Part shown: piece by piece, positions 1 to 18,060 of the stretch
How positions within the stretch are numbered: position 1 is the first letter of the stretch
Layout: the number at the start of each line of letters is the position of its first letter
From: the human T2T-CHM13v2.0 reference genome, Homo sapiens
Length of the DNA stretch: 64,000 nucleotides
Assembly (NCBI RefSeq): GCF_009914755.1
Contig: NC_060927.1
Reading direction: 5' to 3' (one strand)
Program-made: the position numbers and the translations under genes
The notes under the pieces: model-generated
Database searches by the model: none
Seen by the model: only the letters and a program-made list of their open reading frames with translations
What the model was told of the DNA's origin: nothing

Positions 1-859
1 GCAACTTCCCTTGGCCCTTCACACGTCTGCTCTGTCCTGATGTCTGGGTCATTCTGTAGCTTCGTGTTCCCCTATCCTAGCTAGTCTCATGGTGCTGGGC
101 ATGAGGAAGTAAGTTTTTGCCTCCCTAACCTCAAAGACCGGCTGTCCCCTCTATCTGCCCCCAGCTTTCTCACCTTGGATCAGTACCTGAACAGCCTCTC
201 ACAGTATTCACAACAAGCACCATCTAAAAAAAAAGGCTTACATCCATGAGACATGCAGGTCTGGTTGTGTTTTATCAGGTGAAGGATTACACCAAGTGGA
301 AGGAGGCCTGCAGGAGTTGCTGCTGGTCCCTGTCGTTGTCACTGTGGGACTGTTAGACCTGCAAGGCAGATCCATCCAAGTCTGGAATGAAGTAATACCA
401 TTCCACAGGTATAGCCAGTGCATAGGATGATAGAATCAAGAATCAAAAAATGACGATTATAACCAGCTCAGAAGCAGTGAGCACTAAGACGACTCAGCCT
501 TCATGGAGAAGTGGCTGTTTCCAGGTCTGAAGCAAAGAATGACATGATGTACCCAAAACCCTCTGTCTTGCTGGAAAGGAGGGCTGGAACTCACAGGTGG
601 GGAGGGTCTTAAGTAATCACCACAGCTCTGTGAAGAGCCCCCTGGCCATAGGCAGTATAGTTGGAGTGTGGTAAGGACAAGGCCAAGGGGACAAATGAGG
701 CCACATCTGCTTGCATCCATCATACTCCTTTATGGCAAGTCATGCCTGGCTATTGTGGGAGATGCTGGAATCCACAGTGCCTAGGGTGTAAAAAACAGTT
801 GCAAAAATGACAAGTCACTGTGGGGGATGGAGGGGACTCTGAATTAAAGATTTCTGTGA

Positions 860-1150
860 CAATCAGGGAAACCTGAACTGATTACATATTTGATGTTAAA
901 AAAATCCTATTAAATTTTTAGGTAAGATAATGGCATTATGGTTTGTTTTGTTTGTTTTTTTTAAGGGCCCTTCCAGAGAAATGTACTGAAAAAGTCTACG
1001 CAATGTCTGGGATTTGCTAAACAATACCTGGAAAGCAGACAGGTATGAGTGGAATGGCACTGGCTGTGGGCTGACAGGTGACGCAACTGGGGCAGGGGGC
1101 ATCCTTTGAGTTTTTATATTTTTGTAATTATCACTTTTAAACTTTTTATT
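860..1150 (+). mobile_element. Old L1M (L1MC-like) 3' end fragment
   Basis: Resembles the L1MC 3' UTR (tttttaggtaagataatggcattatgg...atgtctgggatttgct). Confidence 0.5.
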
Positions 1151-1189
1151 ATTGAGAATGTCAAAGACCCTGGAAACATGGTGAGGTAA

Positions 1190-1600
1190 GCAAGAAAATG
1201 GTCCCCAAGTGCTTACATCACGACTCCAGAAGCTATGGGTATATGACCACACATAGGAGATTATCCAGGATTATCTGGGCTGGCCCAGGGTAACCACATG
1301 AGTCCTTGCAGTTTAAGAGCTTTTCCTGGCTGAGCCACACAGATACCAAAAGAAGCAGAAAACATTAGAGCCTGAGGGCCCTCCTCAGGCTTCTTCTGGT
1401 ATCTGGCTTTGCTGGCCTTGGAGTAGGGGGCCAAGGAATGTGGTGGCCTCTTAGGGGCTGGGAACAGGAACCTCAGTCCCGCTCCTGCCAGCACCTTGAC
1501 CTTAGCCCAGTTAGGGAGGCAGATTTTGGACCTCTGACTTCCAGAACTGTAGCCTAAGATTGCAGTGATTTGTTGTAAGTTGCAATAGAAAACTCATACA
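1190..1600 (+). mobile_element. MaLR MLT1-type solo LTR
   Basis: Contains gagattatcc..gattatctggg, ctctgacttccagaactgt and the terminal gcaatagaaaactcataca. Confidence 0.7.
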
Positions 1601-1974
1601 CATAAAAACTCTGTGTGGATTAAACAATATAAAATATAATATACTAAATAAAAATAGATTATGTGTGTGACAAGACTCTATATCAAGCTTTATTACAGAT
1701 TCTTTTAATGCACTAATCTCAGACTGAAATAAAGTTGAAATTAAATTTAATATTTGTACTTGAGTTATGTGTATCACTGTCCTGGTGTATGAAACACAGT
1801 TTGCTGATGATGAACAGCTGGACAGCGCTCTGGAAATGTCACCATGGGTGTTCCTGCCACTAATATTACCACCTTTATGCTTGTGAAGTCAAGCAAGGAA
1901 GATACTATCTTATATTATAATGTAAATGAAAATGAAAAATAAACCAGCTTACAGAAACTTGGAAAAAGAAGAAA

Positions 1975-7176
<5,202 letters not shown>

Positions 7177-7714
7177 GTCTGCAATAAAAATCCAAAGAAT
7201 GTATTCTCTCTTATTTCATTCTTCTCAAAAGACAATAGTGTTCTGCAATGCACTCTTCTTTTCCTCTACAACTGGGCAGTAAGCAGGGCTATTCATTCAA
7301 TCTTCTAGGCATCAAATTGGGAGAGAAAAGTATTTTTCATTCTTGTTATGAAGCATCAAGAGACTATTCAGTAGTACTTGCCAGTTCCCAAAATTATACT
7401 GACATTTAAGGGGTAGTTAGAGAAATAAGAATCCACAAAAGAAATGGAAGGAGCAGCTAGATAAGAAGAAGGAAAGCTAAGAGGTCATTGTCCTCTAAGT
7501 CAAGGTTGCAAAGCATTTACAACATTTCTCTTTATAGTAGAAGGAAATGAGCAACAGTATCAAATTCAGCAAGCTGAGAGCTTAAGTAAATGTGGAGAGA
7601 CAACTATTATATATACCTGCTGGGAAGTCATAGCAACCTTAGAAGAGAGCTGGTCTGGTGTAGTACAAATGTTGATTTGTTATTCTGACTCTTCCATGGA
7701 CTGCACTCCTTAGA

Positions 7715-7805
7715 AGCAGGTCTGAATGTTTTGGTCCCCACAGTACCTAGGACAGTGCCTGGAATGTAAGAGGCACTTAATAAATGTTTGGCAAATGAAT
7801 GAACT
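7715..7805 (+). mobile_element. L2 3' end
   Basis: cagtgcctgg...cacttaataaatgtttg...aatgaatgaa. Confidence 0.65.
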
Positions 7806-8406
7806 AAAACAAAGTAAAGTATGTAGTTGATTTGGAGGGAAAAGATCCCAATGACATTTAAAACTGCTTGTAATAAGATGCACCAATATTTCCTTAATTA
7901 AATCCCTAAGTCTAAAATTATCACCATATATTTGGCTTCTTCCCCAAAGGCCCTGAAGCCAAAACAACTCAGTTCCTAAGGAGAATATATAATCTGCCAC
8001 CTACAAAGATAAAGTCTCAAACATAAGAAGCAACCCTAAATTTCTGTGCTTAGAGTGACCTTTTGAGTTGCCAGAGTGATGTCATTAGTGTTACAGTTTT
8101 CTGCAAGGTTAGGCATATAAGTATGTGTTAAATAGTTCCATGGGCTCCTGCTTGCTCATTTAATAAAGAAGAGTTCATTAAGAGTATCCCAAATGCGTAG
8201 CTCAGGGCCACTGACACTAGAAAACTGCAACCACTTTGTTCTTTCCCTGCCCCGTATCTCACTTGTCCTTGCAGCTGTCACCTTGAGGCCTCAGCACTGG
8301 TAGGAAGTGAGAAGACACTGAGAAGTGGCACCCAGTAGAAGCTTCTAGAAACAGAAAGAGTATCCATAAATAATTAAACTTATGAAATCAGAACCTGAGA
8401 GGTTAT

Positions 8407-8580
8407 AGTCATGTTTCTCGGCTGCCCATCATAATTACCTGGACAGCTTCCAAAAATACATTAATGCCAGAGGCCCACTCCCAGAGATTCTCACTGGCCT
8501 GGAGTGAGATCCAGGCACCAGTATTTTTTAAAATTCTTCCAGATAATTCTAATGTGTGACCAGCATTCAGAGGCACTATC
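8407..8580. mobile_element. MER5-type hAT MITE
   Basis: cccactcccagagattct...cagtattttttaaa...ccagataattctaatgtg. Confidence 0.65.
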
Positions 8581-8864
8581 TTTATGTCTTTATATCTCAG
8601 AATGGGTATCAGAACTTAATGCTAATGAGAAAGTACTTCAGATTTTATCACCCTATGTCTCAGAAAACCACTTTTCCTCTATTGAGTGCCACTGACCCAT
8701 AAGAAAAAAGATCAATAGTCTAAATGTACAAGTACAAAGTGACTTAATCGAATTTTTTTACAAAAAGAGAAAATTCAATCCATTTGTTTTTAAGTTTAAT
8801 AACGGGGTGAAAAAAGAGTAAACTATTGGTTAGTGTGTGCCACTAACCAATTATTATGTTATTA

Positions 8865-9035
8865 TGTTTCATGGTCTACTTTAAACACTTTTACATGTAT
8901 TGTTTTACTTAGTCTCCCAAGCAACCCAGAAAGGCAAATATTATTATTCCCATTTTTACAGCTGAGGAAACAAAAACTCAGAGACGTTAAATTGACTTGT
9001 CCAAAGTCACAGAGTTGGCATATGGTGATGCCAGG
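8865..9035 (-). mobile_element. MIR
   Basis: Core cccatttttacagctgaggaaac...ctcagagacgttaaattgacttgtccaaagtcaca. Confidence 0.75.
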
Positions 9036-11334
9036 AGGCAAACAAACAAATGGCCCCATCTGCTGCTCTCACTTATCTTTTCATCAGGCCATGTTGCCCT
9101 ATCTAAAGAAAATCTTAGTGAATGATACTTCACCAAGCAACAGAAATTTTCTGTCCAAGCCAATGAAAGGGATAGATGGAGCTGGACAATTGAAAGAAGG
9201 AAAGAGAAGAAGTAGAGAGTAAGAAGAATGAAAGACAGTGCAAGCTAAGGGAAGGGTCAGAAAGGAAACATCAACTGCACCCAGCAGATGAGTCACAGTG
9301 CATGAGGCCAAAGTCATACTAATGGCCACATTTCCCAATACATACTTAGATGGTCAAGGCAGCAAATACAGCCAGTGTGTTACTATGTGTCCTGGATTGT
9401 GCTGTAAGGGTGCATGAGACACAGTCCTGCCCTACAGATGCTTATAACCTAGCATGGGAGGCAGATTTGCACGCAAACAGGATAGATTTTGCCTTGCCTT
9501 AGCAGAAGTAAGTACCGAGAACTGGGAGCAGAGATGAAGAAACTGTTCATATGGGTCAGAGAAGACCTCACAGAAGAGGGTCATCTGAGATGGCTTTGAA
9601 ACAGGGTAACTCATTCACCATGAAGGCAGAAGGAATGGCCGAACTGAATCATGGAAACAGAAACTAGCAAGGTGTGTGCTTGAGAAATGGAAAGGGCCCT
9701 TTATAAATTTCTGAGACGGGGAAATTATCACATTCTCACTGACTCCCTCCTTTTACTCAGGGCTGAGATTATATCTTTAAGCTTTGAATTTTCACATCAT
9801 ACTCATCTGCAGTTACATAGGAATGGTTCTGCCAGGTTCACTCCAGTTCCTAGATCATTTAATGGTGGAATTAGATTCAGGTTTCCTCTCCTCACTGCCC
9901 ACAGCTCTGTTCAGCCACTATACAACGCAGATCTCTGTTTTACGTGAGGATTCCAAATTACAAAATTGTGTAAAGTACTTTCTTTTTTGGTCTCTATATC
10001 CCTATCCTGATCACAATTCAAATGAAAAGTTTCTTGTCCTATAAAATGAGCAAAATTGAATTAATATCTTAAGGAGTTCAGGGGGGCTGTCTTTGAGCTG
10101 GGAAAGAACCTCCAAGCCAGCTTCCATTAACATATTTGGAATTCTAGGTGTTTCTTTGAAGCCTGGAAATTTTTTTAACCTGCACAGAACCTTTGTACTG
10201 TTGCCTTTAAAGCAGCTACTCCCTTTTATTTTAATTAACAATGACTTCAGCAGGTTTTAAATAATGGTTTGTCTTTATGAAAGAAAACTAGGGTGGAAAC
10301 ACTCCAAATCCACTTATTGGAATAAACTGAGGAGTCACTAAGTCCTTTCCAACAAGATTTAGACAGTTCATTAGAATAAATATATATTTAATCTCCCTCT
10401 TTCTATATCATCTTGAAACAGAGCAAAGATACAATGCTGGAATAATGACACACAGTCTGAAAAATATTCTAAATGTATTGAAATCACTGCAGCTCCTTTC
10501 ACTTTGTATAGTTTCAAAACATTTATAATTTGTATGATGTGTCTATTAAATGCTGCCTAATAGCCAGGAACAGGACAGCACTCAGGAATTTATTGGTTTA
10601 GCTAGACTCAAATTGTGCCCAAACCCTGTGAAGGAATGACTAAAGCAATCAGAGGATTCCACCAGAGTCCAAGTTGAAATAACTTCTTGAAAGTTTAAGC
10701 CAATCCTCATTCTTATGAAGTAATTCATTCAATTTAGATGAAAAGTATTCTTATTTCCTGAAAGTTAACTGGTTTTAATAATGGATGTAGTCCCTATTCT
10801 ATTTGATATTTTAGAGATGTTCAAAAAGAAACAAATAACTTTAAACAACCAGGCCTAAGCCATTTAAAGAGATAGCAGATTTAATTTCTACGTCTTTCTA
10901 AATCTAGTGTCTAGGGCATCCATTCAGGTGAATCCTTTGATTCCTGCCATTATCCTAGAACAAGAGTAGATGTATGAATTCTTGCATCTGTACTGGTTAC
11001 TAAACTCTCAGCCTCTGTTCTACCTCCCACAGTCTCTGTTCCCCATAGCTCTGATGCTGACCCAAGGGTTATAGAAGGAGATCAACTCCCAAACCTAATC
11101 CCAGAAAGTAAATACACAACGATATAGTATATGCTTAGATCCATTCTTCAGTTTATTGAATCACAAAATATTGGCGCTGAGAGGAATCTTAGAAGCCAAC
11201 AGTTTCAAACTCTCCGTGGTACAGACTAAGCCCTAAAGATGTTAAGTGACTTTCTCAAGGTCACACAGCTAGTTAGTGACAAAACAGGGCCTATAACCAA
11301 TCACTTATTATGAGTGCATGCTCTGATCCTTTGC

Positions 11335-11805
11335 TGCTCGCTGTTGTTTGCAGACCAGCAATATCAGCATCGCTTGAGAGCTTGTTACAAAGGCAGGCTC
11401 TCAGACTCCACCCAAGACCCTCTAAAGCAGAATTTGAATTGTAACAAATCTTTTTCTTTTTTTTTTTAAACAGGGGGTGTCACTGTGTCATCCAGGCTGG
11501 AGTGGTGCAGTGACACAACCACGGCTCACTGCAGCCTGGTACTCCCAGGCTAAAGCTATCCTCCCACCTTAGCCTCCCGAGTAGCTGGAACTACAGGCAC
11601 ACACTACCACACGTGGCTAATTTTTTTTATTTTTAATTTTATGTAGAGACGGGATCTTGCTATGTTGCCAGGTCTGGTCTCAAATTCCTGGACTCAAGCG
11701 ATCCTCCCTACTAAGCCTCTCAAATTGCTGGGATTATAGGCATAAGCCACCACAACTGGCCCAAATCTTTAGGTCATTCATATGCACATTACAGAGCTGA
11801 AGCTA
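11335..11805. mobile_element. MER5A-like element split by an AluJ
   Basis: cagaccagcaatatcagcatcgcttgagagcttgtta before the Alu, and aggtcattcatatgcacatta after it. Confidence 0.6.
11451..11761 (-). mobile_element. AluJ
   Basis: Dimeric antisense Alu with J-type features. TSD caaatcttt at 11445 and 11762. Confidence 0.92.
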
Positions 11806-11972
11806 AGCCAGGCACATTGGCACGCACCGGTAGTCCCAACTACTGGGGAAGCTGAGGAGGTAGGATTTCTTGAACCCAGGAGTTTGAGGCTGCAGTGAGC
11901 TATGACTGCGCATGTGAATAGCCACTGCATTCCTGCCTGGGAAATGTAGCAAGTTCTCATCTCTAAAGAATA
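11806..11972 (+). mobile_element. Alu monomer (FAM-like)
   Basis: Single monomer retaining the 7SL-derived gtgaatagccactgca segment. Confidence 0.75.
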
Positions 11973-12507
11973 TATTTTTCATTTAAAAACTAAAAGAATG
12001 GAAGGCAAGTAGATACTGGTTTGAAGCATGGGTCTACCTCTTCTAAATGTAAGCAAAAATCTCAACCTTCTGAAAGCATCATTTAGAACCTGGAAATAAT
12101 ATCACTACCCACCTTGCAGAGTTTTCATTGTATAAGCATAACACAGATATATGCATGTTCATTTCATGAAATACGTATGTGCATAAATAATACATTCAAA
12201 GTGTGTGGCATATAGTAGATAATATGGTATATAGTAGCTAATGTTATTTCCCATCTCATGCTTATCATTAATATTGTGCTTAACCAAACTGAAAGCCACT
12301 AATGACTATGCATCCATGAAGGAATCACCAGTCTTCCTTCCTTTGTTCTAATGTGTTAAATATCATTTTAACTTTTATATATGATTAAGGCTTTTTTATT
12401 TAATGTTCCTAACTCTCAAGAAAATTATTATTATGTGGAAAACAATAATAGCTAACTACTTTTAGTGCTGTGCTTAGAGAGGAAAGAACTTCTCCCAAAG
12501 CCAAGTC

Positions 12508-12541
<34 letters not shown>
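12508..12541. repeat. (AAT)~11 microsatellite
   Basis: Seen directly. Confidence 0.95.
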
Positions 12542-12542
<1 letters not shown>

Positions 12543-12927
12543 CCACAACATTCTTAAAATATCTTGACTCTAGAGCCTATAAACCTGGCTTCTCCAGAAG
12601 CCAGTGAGTATCAGCTGCCACTGATGCTGTAATTTTCTTAGGCAGAGACTCAACTGCCATGGGCAGATGCCACAACATTGGCAAAAGTGGGGCACAGTTA
12701 AAGATGACGTTTCATCACCAACATGTCACACTTGTCAGCATTTTAAAGAAAAAAACAGATTGAAGAGGAAAGAAGAAGTTGAGTTTTAGTATCCAAATTT
12801 GAACTAAAATTTTGGAAAAATACAGCATAGTACAGAGTATGAAACCATACCAAAGTGATATTTTGAAGGAGATACTTTTGGGAAAATGTGATTTTAACAT
12901 CAATTAGAAAACCACGTTCTCCTAAGG

Positions 12928-13076
12928 CAGTAATTCTCAATCCCGGCAGTATGTTACAATCAGCTAAGGAAGATTTAAAAAGATTGAATGCAAATTTCTG
13001 AGAGAGGACCAGGCTCTAGTGTTTTCTTAAAAATTCCCAGTCAATTTTAATATGCAGCCGGGATTGAAAACCACTG
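12928..13076. mobile_element. MER5-type hAT MITE ~90 nt upstream of the first coding exon acceptor
   Basis: Terminal inverted repeats cagtaattctcaa / ttgaaaaccactg. Flanks cctaagg / cctatgg. Confidence 0.7.
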
Positions 13077-13166
13077 CCCCTATGGAATCAAAACCCTGTT
13101 GTTATGTAAGAGTCAATCCACTGAGAGCTATTTGTTGCTGTTAACTTCATTGTGTACCTCTTCTAG

Positions 13167-13233
13167 GTCTTTTTGCCATTCCTCCAGGACATCCACCATA
13201 AGGAAAGGAGACCCTGGACCAACATTCTCTAAG
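13167..13233 (+). other. KCNMB2: KCNMB2 5' UTR portion of the first coding exon
   Basis: Acceptor cctcttctag|GTC at 13166/13167, 67 nt upstream of the ATG. A second acceptor ttcctccag|GAC lies at 13187/13188. Confidence 0.8.
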
Positions 13234-13289
13234 ATGTTTATATGGACCAGTGGCCGGACCTCTTCATCTTATAGACATGATGAAAAAAG
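13234..13289 (+). CDS. KCNMB2: KCNMB2 coding exon 1: N-terminal inactivation ball (MFIWTSGRTSSSYRHDEK-R)
   Basis: aagATGt start. Translation matches the BK beta-2 N-terminus including the FIW motif. Donor AAG|gtaaat, phase 2. Confidence 0.97.
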
Positions 13290-13559
13290 GTAAATGCACT
13301 GGGATTCTGGGCACTTTTCAGAAGCATTTAACCTGACTCTCCAAAGAGGATACTGACAGGAAAGTAGTAGGCAACTGAGCCTTATGCTTTGCAATGTGGG
13401 GACAGACTCTACAGTACAGGAGTAGGGTTTCAGACACTTTGGCCTTCCTTCTCCTTGCACTTTACATGTTCGCTTTCAGCACATAGCTTTGCAAAAGTTG
13501 TTCCCTGTCAGAAATTCCCATGTCACAAGCTCTTTGCTTAGCTAACTCCAGCTCTGCTT

Positions 13560-13675
13560 TCAGATATCAATAAGAACCACCACTCCCATCATCTTCTTTA
13601 ACCAAACAGACTATGTTGTTGAATTTCCAGCACCTAGCACTGTACCTGGCACATGGCGCTCAATAAATACTGAGC
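13560..13675 (+). mobile_element. L2 3' end
   Basis: ccagcacctagcactgtacctggcacatggcgctcaataaatactg. Confidence 0.65.
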
Positions 13676-15269
13676 ACCAAATGTATTAATAATAATTTAT
13701 TAACTGAATTAATTTTATTAACAACAAAAAATAATAAAAATATAATATAATTAATAAAATAATAAATACTGAGAACTACTGGCAATTCAGTTTCTTCTTC
13801 TGAAGTGATGAAAACTGCATTTCTGGGCACTGGACATATGGCAGGGAAGGAAAACAGAAAGTATGAGAGGAGGAAAAGAGGACATACAAATCCATTGAGC
13901 CCTTAAAATCCTTGGAAGAATAGCCTGGGAGGAAGGGAAAAATGAGGGAATAAGAAGAAAGATAAAGGGCAAAGGCAGCATTAATGAAAGACAAGATGAC
14001 CTTTGTGCAACTCAATCCAGTCCTCTCACTTGGGTTTAGGGAGTAAATGTATTCATAAAATTCTCTAGTCATTTTTAAATATTTAGTCTTCCTCTTTCTC
14101 ATTGACCTTGCACTATTATCTGGGTTAAGTGAAGCTAAATTTTAAGTATAATTGCCTTTACCAGCATATTGCAATGTAAGCAAGTTGCGCATCAGGCAGA
14201 ATCTGATAGAAGTCAGGATTGATTTGGTTGAAGGAAATTTGTGAAAAAATAATAATAAAATAAAAATTAAAAACTACAATTGATAAATGGTGCTGGGCAC
14301 AAGGAGAAGAACCTGAAGGAGGTTTGCCTGAATACTGTTTTCAGAGCTGATACTTTTATTTTCCTTCTAAAACCTGAATTGCCTCACAGATAAAAATTCT
14401 TTTAAAAATTTCAAAAGCAAAGTTGTTCTTCACAATAATTATATATTATAGCAAAAATTGGGAAGCAACTTGAAAATTCACAATAGAAAATGTGCTAAAT
14501 AAATCACTGAATGTAATATACCACTTAGCACTTTAAAATGCTTTGACACAATATTAACTGAAAAAAGCAAGTTGAAAATTTGCATGCAAACTACGATTGC
14601 AGCCACAAAAAATATATATAGGCAAAAGTCTGGAAGAAATAGCATGGTTTTTACTGCTCTGCTTTCCAAATGCTTTGTAACATATTGTTACCTTAATTAT
14701 GGAAAAAATAATTATATGATATTTAAGTAAAATTATAGCCCAGAAGGCAAATAATGTTGCCTTGTCAGCATTTAAAAAACAAGTCCCAGTGCTCATCATG
14801 ACACCAAGCAGATTAACTGAAAATTTACTTTACTTGATCATCTCTAGGTTTTCACTGCTTTTTCTCAAGGCTTAATCAAATTATTTTTCATTTGCTTTCA
14901 AGTTGAATCATCTTTCAGCAAGATCTTTTCTGTAACACTATAAAATTTCATATGTCATTTCAAATTCTATATTTGAAAGTGCAGAAAGACAGAGGTTTGG
15001 TCCTGCAACTTTCATGCCAGGACCAAATCCAAGAGTTTTGTTGCCCTACAGGAATATTGTAACTGTCAACAGCCAGCTGTCCTGAAATTCTGAAGGCTTT
15101 ATTAGAGCAAGCGAAGTGTAATATATTTCTTTCACCTTCTATTTACTCTCAGCAAATAATTTAATATATTTTGCTACTTTTTATGAACAAAGGAATTAAC
15201 ATTTAAGAAGCAATTACTGTGTACTGTAGGTTTTAATTGTGTTCTCTTAAGATAGATATTATTATGCTG

Positions 15270-15378
15270 GCTTCACAGATGAGGAAACTGAGGCTTTTTA
15301 AATAACTGAGTGATTTTCAATAACTTCCAAAGGCCCAACAACTAGCCAGTGATGGAATCAGGATTTGAACCCAGCTGA
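15270..15378 (-). mobile_element. MIR
   Basis: cagatgaggaaactgaggct...aggatttgaaccca. Confidence 0.7.
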
Positions 15379-16294
15379 TGCTCTCTCCCTGTACCCCAGT
15401 ACCTGCCCAGGCTCTTGTCAAACTTGAAATATTTGGAGTGATAGTGAACAGCCAAGCCCACAAGGGGAAAAGTATGTTAAAATAGAGTTGGATATTGCAT
15501 ATCAAAGAAGATAATAAACATGTGACTGACGTATTGGTAATATTTGTGGAGTTTGAAAGGTGTGAACAATTAGCTTAGTATTCTGCATCAGTAAGATTCT
15601 ATGAAACTGAAATTACTGTTTTAATTTTTTATTTTTAAAGTATGATTTCAGAACTATGGGATTTATAATAATTAAAATATTGACTACGAAGAAATCATTT
15701 TTCAGCTTTATTTATGGGATGGGGATGCAAAAGCTTATTAAATAAGTCTGCATGGCCAAAAAATACAAGCAATAGAATCTGCCATTAAGCAATAGAATCT
15801 GCCATTCCTTAGTTTAATGTTGGAAGTTAATTTGTCTGTGCTTTTTTTTTGACCACATCTTCGTCTTTGCTGCTTAATTCACAAACTCTTGGAAGATATG
15901 ACTCAGATTTTAAACTGACTTTGAGCAGTATCTGTGGCTCTGTTTAAGGTGTTCTTGGTGGCAATAAACATGGTGATAATGAAGATGATGATGGCTGATA
16001 ATTAATCTACATAATTAAGGTCCTCCAGTTAATTATTTGGAAATAAATTAACTAGATTGTCTGACAGCACTGCCTCAAATTGCTGGTAATTCAGTTTCTT
16101 CTTGTTCTGCAAACCTGGCCTCTGTGTGTGCCTGCTTTCTCCAGCTGTGTTCCCACAGCAATCCCAGAAGCCAGGCCATACAAAATCCTCAGCTGCTCTC
16201 CACACCTCCTCTTCCTGAGAACAGGGCCAAATGTGTCAGTATATCGGATTCCCTGGGATTCCTCAAATCGTAGAATACCAGGAAACCAGCTTAA

Positions 16295-16874
<580 letters not shown>

Positions 16875-18060
16875 CGATCCCTAAATTTCAAGCAGCAAAC
16901 AAACAGAATAATTAATTTAGAAATTAAAGAAGAGAGAGGTTTTTAAGCTAAGGGCATTACAGACTGTTTATCAAATATTCTTTAAATTGTTTTTTTAAAT
17001 ATTGAAGTGATACAAATGAATATTTATTACATATGTTAATATACAAAGTGATATTATAAACATCCAGGTACCCATCATTCAGTTTAAAAAACAAAACAAT
17101 CAGAATTTTTGAAGCCCTTGAGGATGCTTTCCCAATACTATTCTACTCCCCATCAATCAATATCAATCAATATCCTGAATTTTGGGCATATCATTCCCCG
17201 ATTTTTTTTCATGAGTTTATCACATTTGGATCTTTAAACAATATATTGTTTCCATCCAAATGTTTGGAGACTTCATGTAAATGGAATCATGCCATATTTA
17301 TTCTGCAACTTGTTTTTTTCACCAAACATTATGTTGTTATGATTTACCAATGCTGGCGTGAGTCGCTGCAGTTCATTTTATCTGCTATGTAGTCTCCCAC
17401 TACATGAACATACTACCATTTATTCATCCAGTCTACTGCTGAGCAACATTTGCATTATTTCCAGTTCTTTTGTCATTGCCAACAATGATGCTATTCTTCT
17501 ACATGTCTCTTTGTGCACATGTATGAACATTTCTTAAGATTTATACCTAACATGGGAATGGTTGGTTCAAAAGTACACGCAGCTTTAATTTTACCAAGTA
17601 ATGCCATGGTTTTCCAAAGGAGCCATACATGAGATTCCCATTGCTCAACAGCCTTGTTTAGAGTTTTCGGATTTCTAATTTTCAGTAATCAAGAGGGTAT
17701 TATTATTTTAATTTTCATTTCTCAGATTATTAATGAGATTGAGTATATTTCCTTAGTCGTTTTTTCTGAGTTGACTGTTTAAATATTTGCCCCAATTAGG
17801 TCAAATACTTGACTGTTTAAATAATTTGCAATTATTTCATTAGATTTATATTTAAGTAACATTTTGCAGCAATTATAATCATACCTCTTACCATTTTTCT
17901 ACTGGATTGTTTGTCTTTTACTTGACTTGCAGGAATTCTTTATAAAAGTCCATATTAATTATTTATCTGCTATATGTATGTAAATAGCTTCTCCCAGTTT
18001 GTGGTTTGGCTTTTCACTTTCTTTTTCATGTCTTTTGATAAATATATTAATATGTTCTTA

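Noticed and set aside
1815-1832. REST-like half-sites (ggacagcgct here; ttcagcacc at ~40407)
   Set aside because: Only isolated half-sites, with no complete RE1.
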